Source: Vicugna vicugna
Lineage: Eukaryota
NCBI GenBank assembly: GCA_013265495.1
Contig: MU057781.1
Span: 124,001-186,000, forward strand
DNA length: 62,000 nt
Direction: 5' to 3'
Made by a program: the position numbers and the translations under genes. Below, in pieces: positions 36,880 through 50,675 of this stretch. Numbering within the stretch: the stretch's first letter is position 1; each line of letters begins with the position of its first letter. The notes beneath the pieces were generated by a model. It saw nothing but the letters and a program-made list of their open reading frames with translations. It was not told the DNA's origin and made no database searches.

Positions 36880-39800
36880 TCAGTTTTTTTTTTTTTTTAC
36901 GTCTTAAATTTGACTGGAGTGTATGTTATATGCAGTAAAAAGCATCCACTTTAAATGTCTTTACAAATTCAAACACCGGTGTGCCCACCATGACACGCCC
37001 AGTACCTCCAAAATTCCTTTTGAACTCCATCCCAAAAGCCCACCTCAGGCTCCATGCAGCCTCTGACCTGCTTGCTGTTCTCTTGGTGAGAGTTGCACGG
37101 CCCAGAGTTTCATATAAAAGCATTCTTACAATGTTCACACATTTTTATCTTGATTCTTTCGCTCAGCGCAATGCTTTGGGATTCCTGCATGTTTTCATGA
37201 GGGTCATTCGTACATTCCTCTTTATTAGTTGTGCTCCGCGGTGTGAACGTACCCAGACTTGGTTATCCATCTCCAGCTGACGGGCTTTGCGGTTGTTCCC
37301 AGCCTGGGGTTTAGTGAGTGAAACTGCTCTAAACCCTTGTGTGCGGTCGTTGTGTGGACACGTGTTTCCATCTCTCTTCAGTAAATGTCTGAACGGAGTT
37401 TCTGGGTTACGTGGATGTGCATGCTTACGTTCGTAATAAAGGGCCAAACTGTTTTCCAAAGTGGTTGTACCTTATTTGAGCTCCGCAGAAAAACGGAAGG
37501 AGCCTGTTGCTTCTGATTTTCACCTTGAATACCTTCTTTAAAATTCACACTGCCAGTGTGAATGCAGACCTTTTCCGCGGGGGCTCGGTTTACCCTTGAT
37601 GACTACTGATGCTCAGGAGCACCTCTTCACGTGCACATTGGTCCTTCGTGTATATTGCTCTGTCAAGCGTTTCCTAAAATATTTTGCTGAGTTTTAAATA
37701 CTAACATCTGAAATCAATCCCACTGGGATTTAACTTACGTTGAATAAAATGCACTCATTTGCAGTGTATGTTCAATATGTATAACGTGATGCTTCCTTTG
37801 TTGAAGTGTCTATCCGACCCTTTGTCCCATTTTTTATGGGGGTGTTTATCTTCTTCTTATTGAGTTGTATGAGTTATTTATGCTTTGGGTACAGTCCCAG
37901 GATTCAGCCATTCTTCTTGGGTAAACGCATTGTTGCAAGACTGTGGTTAACTTGCAGAGCCCTGAGAAAATTGATGTGGATGAACTTCAGTGTTCTTCCC
38001 GCCTGTGCGGAGCAGTGGATTTCCAGAGGTCCCACTCATTTTGGAAGTGGTTTCTAAAAAGACGATTCTCCACCAAATTACCTTGACATTGTGTGCTGTT
38101 CATTTGCTCTATCGATCTAACCTTATGCAAACTGCACATTTTCTTGACGAAGGTAGCTTAGTGTGAGTCTTGAGATCAGATAATATGATCACATGAAAAT
38201 TAGAGATAACTGGAAGAGCCAAAATAACTCCAAAAAGGACAAACTCAGAAAACCTATAAACAAGCATAGCGAGGTCAGCGTACACCGGGGCAGTTGCTTA
38301 TCTTGCTGCCCTCGAGCAGGCCAGGAAACTCCCTTCTGTTCACATTGCTGTGAATTCATTTATTTTCCTCGGGGGTGGGTGCTGGGTTCTGTCAAATGCG
38401 TTTGCCACATATATTGAGGCCACTTTTTTATTATCCTTTTAATACAATAAATTAAATTGATTTTTAATGTAAAATCACTCGCGTTCTGAGAATAATCACC
38501 ACTTGATAATAATACATTATTCTTTTATGTATTGCTTGATTTGAATTGCTAATATCTGGCTAAGGGTTTTTACATCTATATTCATGAGGAATATTGGTTT
38601 GTAGCTTCGTTTTCCTATGATTTTTTTCATAAATGACTTGAAAAGTGTCCCCCACCAACTCCTCTGTTTTCTGAGGGAGCTTGTGTAATATTGGTGTTAC
38701 CTCTCTCCTGAACATGAGAAAATTCACCATGAATGCCGTCTGGGTTTGCAGTTTCCTTTGTGAGGGAGTTTTAAATATAAATTCAATTACACTAGTAGAT
38801 AAGATTCATTTTCGTATCAGTCTTGGTCCACTATTGTTTTTCAAGGAATTTGCCCATTTCATTTATATTTTCTTGTTTATTGGAATACAGTTGTTCCCAC
38901 TAATCCCTTATTACCTTATGTCTGCAGGCTTTATAGTGAAATCACCTCTTTCATTACTGATATCAATAATTTGTGATTTTATCTGTTTTTAAGTATCAGT
39001 CTAAGGAGAGAGTTATCCATTTCATTGATCATTTGAACCATCACTTTCCACTTACTTCCTCTGTTTTTGTACATTTAAAAAATTTCATTGATTTTTTTCT
39101 CGTCTTTATTAATTCCTTTTTTCTACATAATCTGAGTTTACAGTGTTCCTCTCTCTCCCAGTTCCTTAATGTAGTTCTTGATTATTAATTTTAAAACTTT
39201 CTCCTTTTCTAAGTCTTTAAAACTCTAAATTCCACTCTATGTCAACTTTACCTGTTTCCCACAAATCTTGATACAGTTTGGTTTTTTATAATTAAGTTTA
39301 AAATACTTTTAATTTCCAAATACTTTGGGGTTTTCCAGATTTTTTAATTTCTATTTTAATTCTAGTTTGTTTGGAGAAGATAACCTATGTGACTTCAATA
39401 CTGTCAGATTCATCTTTGCTTGCTTTGGCCAGCATATAACCTATCGTGGTGACACTTCACGTGTACTTGAAAAGCAATGTGTGTTTGCTGTTGCTGGGTG
39501 AAGGGTTCAATGAGCACTAGATTTATTTGGCTAAAATCTCAAGTCTTCTCTGTTCTTACTGATTCTCTGTCTGCTTGTTCTTGGGTAGCTGAAAGAGGAC
39601 TTAAGAAATAGCTCACTCTAACTGTTGATTTCTCCATTTCTTTGTTGAATTCTGAGTGAACATTCTCTGAGGCTCTGTTACTGCATGCTTGCACAGTTAG
39701 GACTGTTGTGTCTTCTTAATGAACTGATCCACTCATCACTGCTTGCTGTGTATCACCTATGAGAGACCCTCTTTCTGAATGCTCTGTCTGATAATTCGAT

Positions 39801-40930
39801 CGCCGCTCTGACTTACAAACCACTTGATGACCATCACTGACGTTAGGGTGGATGATAAAATTAATTTGTCATCTTTCTGTTTTTAAATGTGTCTCCCTTT
39901 CTACACTTAAAGTGCATCACATGAAGACAGCATAAAATCGGTTTGCGTCTTTTCCCAGTCTAATGAGCTCTGCCTTCTCATTGTAATTTAGACCATTTAC
40001 ATTTAATGTACTTATTGAATGGTTACGTTTAAGGCCATCATTTCGCTATTTGTTTTCTATTTGTCCCGTCCGTTTCTCTTTAGCTTTTTCCAGCTTTCCT
40101 TTTTTTCAACATTCTTTTGGATTGATTGAGAGATTTTGGTATTTATTTTCTCTCTCCCATTGGCTTATTAGCAAAATCTCCTTTTTACTGTTTCAGTAGA
40201 ATCTGTGGGGAATATGCATTATTAAAATATCACAACCAGCCCTCACTCATCCACAACTTCACATTTAATGTAAGAAACTAAGATTTGTATATTTCAATTT
40301 TCATTTTCACCTTTATGTTATCTTCATTCATCTTACTCCCTGACATGTTCTGAGCTCCACCATACACTGTTGTTTTCCCTTATGTCTTTGATGGATGGTC
40401 TGGCGCTCAGTCCTCCTTTGCTTAGCCAGTCAGACGTCTTCCAGCTCCTGTGTGAGCTGTGGGAATTGTTCATTTTACAGCCACGCAGCAGTTACTCTCT
40501 CACTAATTTTATAAAGTTCCACATTGTGTCTGCAGCTTGATATTCTGCCAAATTTCCAGTTGGGATCTCACAAACATCTCTGAAGCCTTTTTCTGAACAG
40601 TTCCTTCCTCTCTGGCGAACTGCTGTGCAGATTCCAGCCACGTGAGCCTCACCAAGCTCCGATCTCATTCCTCAACCCAGCAGGGCAGTCACACGCTGCT
40701 TGGGTCCCGTCCTTGTGCTGCAGACTGGAAGACGCCTCCAGGGAGGAGGGAGAGGCGATCGCAGGACCCACTAATCTGTTTCCCTTCTATCAGGGACTGA
40801 AATCTCAGGTTGCCAGTTAACAAAAGGCTCCAGAGTCTTGTTTTATATGTTTTGTTATGTTCTCTAGTCAGCAGAGTGAAGGTGAAGCCATCTGAGCTAA
40901 TCCGTCGTGGACGGAAGTGGAACAGGGATT
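36880..40930 (-). mobile_element. Ancient L1ME-like LINE-1 fragments
   Basis: Poly(T) at ~36883, 3' UTR-like sequence, then ORF2 antisense phrases 'acatctatattcatgaggaatattggtttgtag' and 'tttagaccatttacatttaatgta'. Confidence 0.75.
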
Positions 40931-42904
40931 GTGTTCTGTTATTTCATGCTTTTCCTCACTACATTCCGGTTTTATTTACATGTGTTCATGTCTATAATTA
41001 TCTATTATTATTTCTAATTATTATATATTTTAGTTTTTAAAATCATAGCCCTCCACTTTTGTTTTGCACATTGCCTTTCACAAAGTTTTACTTATGTAAT
41101 CTTGCCTTTATTTTTAACTTTTCTGTAAAACCTGGTCTTCTGTGTTTATATTTTCAAGCAACTGGTCTGGGCATCTAGGGCCCCCACCACCTCTTGTCAT
41201 CCTGCCATTCTGTTCAAGTCCTTAAGGAGACAATGCAGGTTTTGTCTTAATTACTTAAGAAATGTAACAGGTACACACCTCATCTACTCACAGCTGCTGA
41301 ATGCCCATCTTCAGTGAATACAGCTGTTCTGACTGTTGCTCATTACAGTCAACACAAGTCTCACATGGTACTCAGACTTCTTCATAGAAGTGTTTCTTCT
41401 CAAATTATCTTTTACTTGTTCTCTGTCTTTAAAATAAGCACATGCTGATGGAAAACATTTGGAAGCATTCAGACACATAAAGAGGAAAATGAAACTCAAC
41501 CCTAATTCTGCAAGAACCTAGAGGTGATCTTTGGAGCATTTCTTTCTTTTTTTTGTTCCAAGTGCATTATGGAAATTGTGGGTTGTCCACCCAGCCACCA
41601 TCATCCCTCTGCTCTCAGTCTTTACGGGCGGAATTCCGGATCCTGTTCAGACAGCAGGTGGCAAAGGGTTCAGGAAACAGGACTGCTTCCCACGTCAGAA
41701 AGTGAATGTTAGGTCTGCTTGTCCGCTCCGTTCGCCAGAAGTATTTTCGGCATGAACATGTGGAGCCGTGGCCGATCAAGGTACGGGCCAGTGTAGCAGG
41801 GACTTGGCTAAAAGAGAACAGCTCAAAGGAGCAAATATACATTTTCAAAATATTTCACATAATATGTAAAATATATATGAAAAAGAGAGACAGACGGAGA
41901 GAGAGAGAGAGGGAGGGAGATGGCCATTATTTTGGGGTCCGGTGAGAGTTTGTGTTACCAGCAGTCATCCTGTGGGCAGCAGGAGGGAATCCAAGGATGG
42001 GACCAAAACAGTAAGAATAACAGATTGGAGGGATGGAAGTGCAAATACTTAAAAGCATAACACACTAACTCTAGGACCGTCTATGACCAGAGTTCTTGTT
42101 ATGAATGAAAACAACCTCGTCTCTGTGTAAGACACCCCAAGTCAGATACTGCTACTCGCATGTAGAAGCAAACGCCCTGATACACAGATTTTATAGGGCT
42201 GTGATAACACTCGTTGTGCAGTTTTGTGGCATGAGTTTTATATGTACCATCATTATTTTTCCATGTCACTGAGCATTTCTTATGAACATGATTTTCAACA
42301 GCCACCTAATAATTCACATTTGAAGGTTCCATGTTCCTGTGTTGAATATTTAGGGCTTCCCAAGTTTTCCAACACGCACAACACTGCCTGCCTGTCTTTA
42401 TGTGTAAGCTTCTGTCTTCAGGTCACAGGAGACCAAAGGGTGCACCTCCTGTAAAAATTCCTGATGCGTTCCGCCAAGTCGGTGGTGTCGGAGCGCGGTC
42501 AGTTCACCTCATGAATCGTGGCCTGTTACCATTTTGAAATTCGTAGAGTCTGGCTGGCGACAAGCAATCTTTCGTTGTTCTGATTTGCGTATGTGGGGTT
42601 CCTGCGGCGATGGAGTCACCTTTTAAAACACGGTTATTCGCTGGTGTCCATGGGTTCGTATTCTGTTACGAATGACTTGCTGCTGGCCCTGGCTCGTTTT
42701 TCCACGGAACAAATGTCCTTCCTTAGGTGAACTCTGCCTGAGAAGGCTGCCCCACACTTTTCCCCCCTCCTCGTACCTCACGGCCTGAATCAGATATCCC
42801 CGCCTATGCTGCACTTCCTTACCCTGTGGCGTTTCCGGTCCCTCACCTCACGTCCTCCCACACCCGCCGCATGTCCTGATAGCACTGCTGAGTATCCTTT
42901 CTGG

Positions 42905-43003
42905 TGCTTTTCTTGAGGACAGGAATTCTATCTCATCTGCTCGCACACAGCAGGTCCTCAATAAATGCTGCCCCGAGGAATGAATGAATGAAGGAAGGAA
43001 TGA
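42905..43003 (+). mobile_element. L2 3' end
   Basis: 'acacagcaggtcctcaataaatgctg...gaatgaatgaatgaaggaaggaatga' is a typical L2 tail. Confidence 0.7.
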
Positions 43004-44583
43004 GTTTGTGCCGCTGCCTGGCGGTGCCGAGGCTCCTGCCTCAGTGCTCACAGGTCTGGGGCAGGGGCAATCGCAGGGAAACCTGGTTCGTCGTCCAAGG
43101 AAGAGCTGGAGGAACTGGCCATTGTTCTTGTGTGGCAAATCTGGGGCAAAATGGGGAGACTGGCCTTTGCAAGGACAGAGGCAGAAATAAGGACCAAAAG
43201 AATTCTCTGAGCAAAGAGCATAGCTGGGAAGCTGGACTTCTTGTCAGGCCCAGCCAGAAGACACACGGGGGACAGGACTCCACCACCACCCCCGGCAAAG
43301 TACAGCCAGGCAAGCCCAGGGCTGGCGGTGGGGCACACGGGAAGGACTTCCTGTCATCCACCTGGGTTTCCCGGCCCCGCAGATGCCGTATCTTCGAGGC
43401 CGGCCCGTGCAGCCTGGGGCCCCCAGAAACAGGGCTTGAAAGGACCCAGGGCGCAGTTTCTCCATGAGGACTCAGACACCCCGATGCGCCAGCTCAGTTT
43501 CAGTGGGACCTCTCCCTCTGCCCCGATGAACTTCCTGAAGGAGCCGCACACTCTGGGGTGCCGGCTCTACAGGAATTTCGCCTTCGTGCCCTCGTGTCCA
43601 TGAGAAACGTCCATTTGCTCTGTCTCCCCCTCCTCTATTTCGAGTATGGAAAAGCAAGATTACTGTGATATTTTTCCTGGTCCTGAGAAATATTTTTAAA
43701 TGTCAACCAAGTGAAAGGAAGTGCACACGTCGGATGACGCAGGGCGCAGTGTATGTCTCATCATGGGAGGTTCCAGGCAAGGTCAATGGTACACAGAGAA
43801 GTTACTCATTAAAATTCAGTCATTTTTATGTTTTCATTTGGCACTGAATAGTTAACAGAAAGCTGTTTTAAATTGCCAGCTTGTCTCATTTTCAAGAATA
43901 ATTGAGATCCTGAAATAACAGAATGAAATCTCTTTAAAAAATGTTTACAGAAATGAATTTCTCTCTAGCTCAAATAATGGGAAGTTAGTGTCTGTTTCTG
44001 TTTCAGATTTTTGTTTAATTTAATTCCACCAATCCTGTTCTCCTATGGTTCATCACTGTCCAAATGCATCATTTTATCTTTTTAGTATTGATTATTATGT
44101 CATCATGCTGTAAAAGCTTGTCCCATCAGGCAGGTGCATTTATGGTGAGATTAGACACTCCACTTCAGAAAGAAAAATCGGGTTTTGCCTTTCCTGCATT
44201 CACGACTATGATTCATTCCTTCCCTGGAAGTAGTTTGCTCCCAGGAAGGCGCCACTCTTGCTTCGTGAAAGGAAGCACGCTCACCCTTTGGCTGTTCTTT
44301 CCCCGTGAAGTACTTGGTGTGATCATTCAAACCACAAAGAGGGGAAGAGCAGTTCTCTGATCACCACAAGGGAACCTATAACAGAAAAATTTGGCAGGTG
44401 GCCTCATTCCCTTTCCACGATAAGCAGTGTCCTCTGAGCTCCATCCTAGGCAGAAGTGACGACTCAGGTGCCCCTGTAGGCAGACCTTTCTCATCCCAGC
44501 CCTTCTGGCCTTGGTCAACACCTGGCCCCAATGGGAGAGGCTCCCTGGGCCTGGTTTGCAGCTGTCAGTTCAGAAATGCAGGT

Positions 44584-44990
44584 GGATCAGTTACCTTTTG
44601 CCGAAGTACCCGCCGTGTAACAAAGGACCCCACACTCAGTGGTGTAAAACAGTGACATTTATTTCGCTCATGGACACATGGGTTGACCAAGCTATTTTGG
44701 TCTTGGCTGGGCTCCCCCACACACCTGGTGTTTGGGTGGCTGTCAGTGGGTCTGTGATGGTTTGTCAGAGACCCCTGCGGGACCTGGTTTCCATCTACAT
44801 CTCATCCTCCAGCAGCAGCGGGAACATGGCAAAGGCAGAGGCAGCTGCTGAGAAGCCCAGCCCTCCGGGCTCTGCTCGTGTGTCTGCTGACAGCCTATGA
44901 CAGAGCACAGCCGAGCTGGGTCCAGGCTCAGCGAGGGAGGTGCCACCAGGCAAGGGCAAGGAACCGGGCAGTGCTGGAAACAGATCACGC
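44584..44990 (-). mobile_element. MLT1-family MaLR LTR remnant
   Basis: 'gtgtaacaaaggaccccacactcagtggtgtaaaacagtgacatttatttcgctca' is the reverse of the MLT1 3' end. Confidence 0.65.
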
Positions 44991-45750
44991 CAGGACTCTC
45001 TTCTGGCCCAAAGATGGCGGGCTTCGTCCTGACTGCGGCCTTCCCTTCACAGTGTGGGCTTGCTCTGATGGGTGGGGCTTAGGAAAGGAGCGGGCCTCTG
45101 TGGTGTGGCCTCTGTGGCCCCAAATGACCAAATCAGCTGCCTTACTCTCTGTGGCTTGTTGCATGGACCCAGGGGCCAGCCTTGGCACATTGTCACCACC
45201 ACTCAGCTGTCAGTTGAGCAGCTGTGGGGGCAAACGACCCTTGAGGGGAGGAGGGGTGGGGACAGGAAGGTAGAAGTACGAAATGGGTCGGGCATCAAAG
45301 CCTGAGAAGAATGTCTCAAACGTGGAAGCCAAGCCCTGGGCGCCCAGCGCTGCAGCCTGAGCCTGGCCCTCTGCGGTTAGACAGGAGCCCTAGGAAGGAC
45401 CCTCTCCCCAGCCCCACAGCCGCCCTGCTGTCCTCTGGGATGGCAAGGATGGAGCCTCACCTGCCTGCTGAAGGCGCCTCTTCCCACGGCAGGGCTTTGG
45501 GATGAAGGGCCATGTGTCCATCTCCAAAACCCCTAAAGGCTCACCCGGTGTCCCCAGGGGATGCAGCTTCTGTCATCATGGGGGAAAGTTCCCTGTGGAT
45601 CCAACAGCAGCTCACTTTGCATTCTGACTCTTTGGGGCCTGGCTTTGTGATCTTGAATCACGTGTGGAAGGTCTTGACTCTCTTTGACCCCATTCCCAAA
45701 ATGGTGGATTGAAGTTCTGCTTTTTAGGATCATTGTGAGAAATAGAGATC

Positions 45751-45778
<28 letters not shown>
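45751..45778. repeat. (GT)14 microsatellite
   Basis: Read directly from the sequence. Confidence 0.95.
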
Positions 45779-45783
<5 letters not shown>

Positions 45784-48700
45784 ACGAGATATGTACAGTA
45801 GAGAGATATTTGGCAGACAGCAAATACAGTATCAGTCACACATGTTGTTGCTTCAAAATTGCCGTGCCCTCGATCTTGTGGGATGAGCGTGTTTCGCAGA
45901 CTTGGGGTTGTCTTTGTTGTTACTGTTGCTTGGCAGCCTGGGGCCCAGAGGTGCTCCAGGGGAGCCACCTGCTCAGAAGGACGGCGTGCGTGCTCCAGGA
46001 CCGGCCTCAGCGCGAGCGCTCGCTCCCTCACACCCAGGGGCTTCTGAGGGACGTCGCCGGGGCTCCACCAGCGTCTGGATGAGAAGGCGCAGGCCCCGGC
46101 CCACAAAGCGAGGGTCTCCTCATATTCAGGAGAGCCTGGGTGGGCCGCGCAGACTCCGGGTGGATCAAATGAGGCAGCAGTTTCGTCCAGTGTCACACAC
46201 GTGCAGCCGGTACAGAGCTAAGTGGAGAAAAACCAATTAAGAAATGTTTGCTGAACAATCCGACTTGTTTATTCAATGACAGATCTTTATTAAACTCTAA
46301 CTAGGCCACCGTCGTAGGGGTGAGAGTCTTAGAGCTTGGAGATCGACAAGGCGTCTTTGAAGCGCTCACAGATGGTGGGCGTGACACCGAAAAGCAGCCT
46401 CCCCACCGCCCCCTCGTCTCCTCTGTCTCCCTTTTTCCTTCCCTCCCTCCTCCTCCTGCCCCTTCCTTCCAACACCCCCTTCCGAGCCTGCCAGCCAGGC
46501 TCCGGCCCACCTGCCCTCAGCTCGGGGTCACAGGACAGCAGGACAGCAGGACAGCAGCTCTGTGATGAGGCACCTGGAAAAAAACCTCTTCTTTTCTTTA
46601 AACATGATTGGCGACTTATAAGGCAGGCAAGGTATGACAGAAACTCTTCTGACCACTGTAGCTGGTTGGAATGCATAGGTGTCTAAAAATTAAACAGTTT
46701 TAGTGGAAAAGTCTGAGAAGTGCAAGTGAAGCTGTAACTTCAAAGAATTAACGGTGGAGACGTAAGCCTGGGGGGCTGGCTGGCTTCTTAACAAGATCAT
46801 GTGCTTTGCATCAAGGTCGACAAAATTCTGGCAAAACCTGTCTTCCTGTAACTCTTGCCCACGAGACTCTAGGATTTCACGGCAGGAGAGCAAGCACAGA
46901 GGCCTTCAAATGATAGAGGCCTGCAGACTGGGAGCCCCATGGCACCCACGGCCCTCAGGGAGCAAAGAGGAGCAGGCGATTGACGCCTCAGGACGCGTCA
47001 CCGTGTGCACCTGTGCAGAAGGCTCACCTGCGGCTTCCCCACCTGGCAGCCCTGCTCTTGGGCACGGGACCAGGGCTTGTGCCTGTGCTGAGGGCTTGCT
47101 CATCAGCAGAGCTGAGATGCTCAGGAGGAAGCATCTTGGTCCAGGCTGGCCACTCTGACCATGTGGATAGAGTCCTTCCAGCTGGGACTCTGGCAGAGAC
47201 CCACCAGGTCTCAGGAAAATGTTGTTCAGAGTGACTTTATTGCCAGCTCGGTCCCAGTCATAAGAAGACGGCATAGACTTCCAGGCAGAGCTCCCTGAGC
47301 AGCCAGCCTCCTCTTGCCAAGTCGCCAGGTGTTTCCAAGAAAACCAAGTGGCAGCTGGAAGCCGAGCCTGGGGTGCTGACCTGCCCGGCCTGCATCACCT
47401 GGGTGCATCTAAGTCGCCCACCTGGGCGTCACTGGAATGCACACTCCCGGGCCCCACCCCAGGCTTTGGGAGGCAAAATCTCTATTTGAAGAGATTGTGT
47501 GTCCCTGCACAACTGCCATGCACGTTACAATCCTAGTATAAATGGTCTGAGCTGTTATTTCCTTTTCAAAATATCCCTCGCCACCACCGGCCCACAACTG
47601 GAGGGGAAGGAATGCGCTTCGCACACGGGGTGGGGAGGGCCTTCAGCCTGGAGCCAGGAGGGGCCTTTGACAAGCTTTAACTCTTGGCGCTGTATTGCCT
47701 TGGGTCAGATGTGGGTAAATGGAGCTGCGTCAAGCCAGGCCCCTCATCTGGCAGTGGTTTAGCTGAGGGGAAATCAGTCTAAATTTGAGGATAAGTTATG
47801 CAGGTCACCTTTGAGGGAAACCTCTGTGCTCAGTGTCTATTACCCAGGGATCAATGGCACTCCAGAGGTTTGCTGTTTGGTGCAAAATTTATTCACAGAC
47901 TCCAGGCTATTGTTTTGTTGAGTTCATTTCTCTCAGAGCCCTCCGATTGTCCTCCAGCTGGTGCGGCCAGCTGAATTACGATGCACTCAGATTCCTCGCC
48001 ATTGATGCGAACAACACACCCAGAGGTTAAGAGGCAGCTGGGATAACAGAACGACATCTCGGGGACGTCTCTCCTGCTCTGCAGTCCACTGCTGGACACG
48101 TCACGTGGCTGCTGGGAGCATTTCTTTATGGGGGCAAGATTTGTTTTATTGTCCATAAATCTCAAAGGGCCAAACTGCAGTTGTCCTTGCTGGAAGGAAA
48201 CAATCTCTTGATGAAATCTCATCGTCTCTGCCGATACCACGTATTCCCACAAGTGGAAGAGGAGCTGTGAGCAGGGTGGCGAGAGTCGGGGAGAGCTGCC
48301 CTTCCCTTAGGGGGTGGCTCTCCTACGCCCAGGGTATCACCCAGGCGGGAGCCAGGGGGACGTGGGGAGACCGCGCCGCGGGCAGGGAGGGGCTTGATCT
48401 TTGTCTCGTGCCCCTGTGGAGGGGCACGGGCAGAGCCCGCAGGCACCGGGGGAGTGGAACCCCGGCCAGACAGGCTTTGTTTCTGGCGGGGAAGCAGCCC
48501 CTTGGGAAGGCCAGTGGGCTCCGGGATGGGGCGTCAGCGTGGATTTGCCGCAAGCCCCAGCTCTGTCTCCACCGAGCCCCCAGCAGCCCAGGGATCCGCC
48601 ACTGCTGCCTGACTTGGCCCTTTGAGGCCCTTCCTAACCCTAACTCTCCTTTATTTCTCTCAGAACCTGACGAGAGCAGCTGGGGGCTGGTACACTGATT

Positions 48701-49184
48701 GGAACCGAGTTATCCACGGGCGGACTCTGCGTTCTAAGTGCATGTGGGAGAGACAGACGCTGCTGACGGGTGCGCAGGTGTGCGCAGGTGTGCCTGCGTG
48801 TAATCTCAGCTTTCTCCTCGCCTCCCCTCACCATCCTGTCCCCACCTCCCAGGGAGGAGAACTTCTTAAACTCCAGCATCTCTTTCTGCTGTTATTTTAA
48901 CCGGTTTTGCTCCTGTTTCCATGACTGAGGCATATGACTGAGAATGGGCCACACAGAGCCCTGTGGCCATTTCAGGTAACATGGGGGTGGGGAGGACTGG
49001 CACCTGTATCGGAGCCTGAGATGCGGCTCCTGTTCTACCTGGTTTTAAAATCACTGCTGAGACCTGAGCCACAGGCACACTTTCACCATAATTTCCAGAT
49101 ATCAGGAGAGCGCTGTGGAGCCCGAGGCTGATGAGAATCTGGGCTTTTGGATCTCAAACACCAGCGCGCACGTGCCAGAGCCCC

Positions 49185-49395
49185 AGGGTGCCGGGCACTG
49201 CTGTGACTCCTTCACGTAGGTAATGCCTTTGATCCCCAGGGCTGACCTAGGAGGTAGCTGCTTTCCTTGCTGTCATCTGCATTTGAGGAAACTTAAGCCC
49301 AGAGAGGCTGGGTAATTTGTGGAAGGTCACACAGCTAGGAAGAGACAGAAACAGGATTTAAACCAGGCGCAGAGTCTGTGTTTATATCCTGCCCT
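49185..49395. mobile_element. MIR SINE
   Basis: MIR core 'tgaggaaacttaagcccagagaggctgggtaatttgtggaaggtcacacagctagga...caggatttaaaccagg'. Confidence 0.8.
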
Positions 49396-50138
49396 CCAGT
49401 CTCCAAACACATCCTGAAACCTGCATGAGGTCAATGCAGCAGGGTCTGGGTTGTGCACGGCTCACAGTCGCTGTAGCAAAGAGCAAAGCAAATCGGCTTG
49501 GTACTCGGTAAGTTCAATCAACCAAGGACATCCAAAATCCTTCCTGCACGCTAGCTGCACACACAGTGGCAGGTTTAATCCAGCCTCCTGGGGACCTGCT
49601 TCCTAAGGAAATGATAACCTCGCTGAGCAGACCGGGAGTTCGGCATCAGGCGAGGATGATCCAGTTCAAGGACAGCTCCCGGTCCCATCAGTGCAGACCT
49701 CCGCCAGGACAAAGCGACACCTCGGGACTTGCAGTCCAGCTGGCTTTGGACCCCGCAGGTGGCTGGCTGTCAGGAGCTGGGGCTCATGGGGGGCGCAGTG
49801 GAAGAGTGGATGAAGGGTGCCTTGGAGTAGGACAGGGGCAGAGGAGCAGTGATGGGGGAGAGCGTGCAGGGTCTGGAAGGGAAGTGGGTGCAAAACTCAT
49901 AACTGCACTTCACTGGTGGCCGACGGTCAGGATCAAAATCTCCAGGAGCCACTTCCTCCAGCCCAGGAGCAGACAGGGCCGGGTCAGCCAGGGCCACCTT
50001 GACTCCGGGCTAGCCTGACCCCAGAAGCTTCCCAACCCCGCGTCTCCAGGGGCCCAGCCCTGACCTCCCCTGTGGGGCCTGAAAGAAGCACCTTGGCTGA
50101 TCTGTTAGCTCAGCAGGGGCGTCACGGGCTCGTTTTCA

Positions 50139-50191
50139 TCTCTGATCATCCCCACGATTTCAAACCATAATAACATCATTGGCATGGATGG
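50139..50191 (+). repeat. 53-bp exact direct repeat, copy 1
   Basis: TCTCTGATCATCCCCACGATTTCAAACCATAATAACATCATTGGCATGGATGG, identical to 52587-52639. Confidence 0.95.
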
Positions 50192-50675
50192 ACTCCTGGA
50201 CGTAAGAGGAGGCAAAAAGATCCCCTCCGGTGATGCACAACCCAGGAGCACACGCCTGCTGCTGTGGGTCCACCTTTCCTCTCTTCCTTTGGCTGTTTTA
50301 TCAGAAGTGGGACGTGCTGACGCCTCAGATATGCCGTCCTCGATTTCTGACATGGTGCGCCAGGTTCGGGGGAATAAACTAAGCAGCGAGTGACTTGGAC
50401 TCAAGAGCGTTCAAACAATCTGCTTACTTATAATTTTGCTTTCAGAATTAATAGTTTCACATAAAATTCTCCCACGAAAGGAAGCAGCTCAGCGTGACGC
50501 GGTCCCTTTTGGGCCAGGTGACACATCTCGGCTCCCACGGCCCCCGCCTCGGATTGCATTCACTCATCTGACATCTGGGCAGCTGTTCGGGGGGAGGAGA
50601 GGTTCGGGTTCTGACATTTGCCAGGAGAAAGTAATAGAAAGTCCATTTGCATGTATGTGTTTTGTTAGGACTAAT

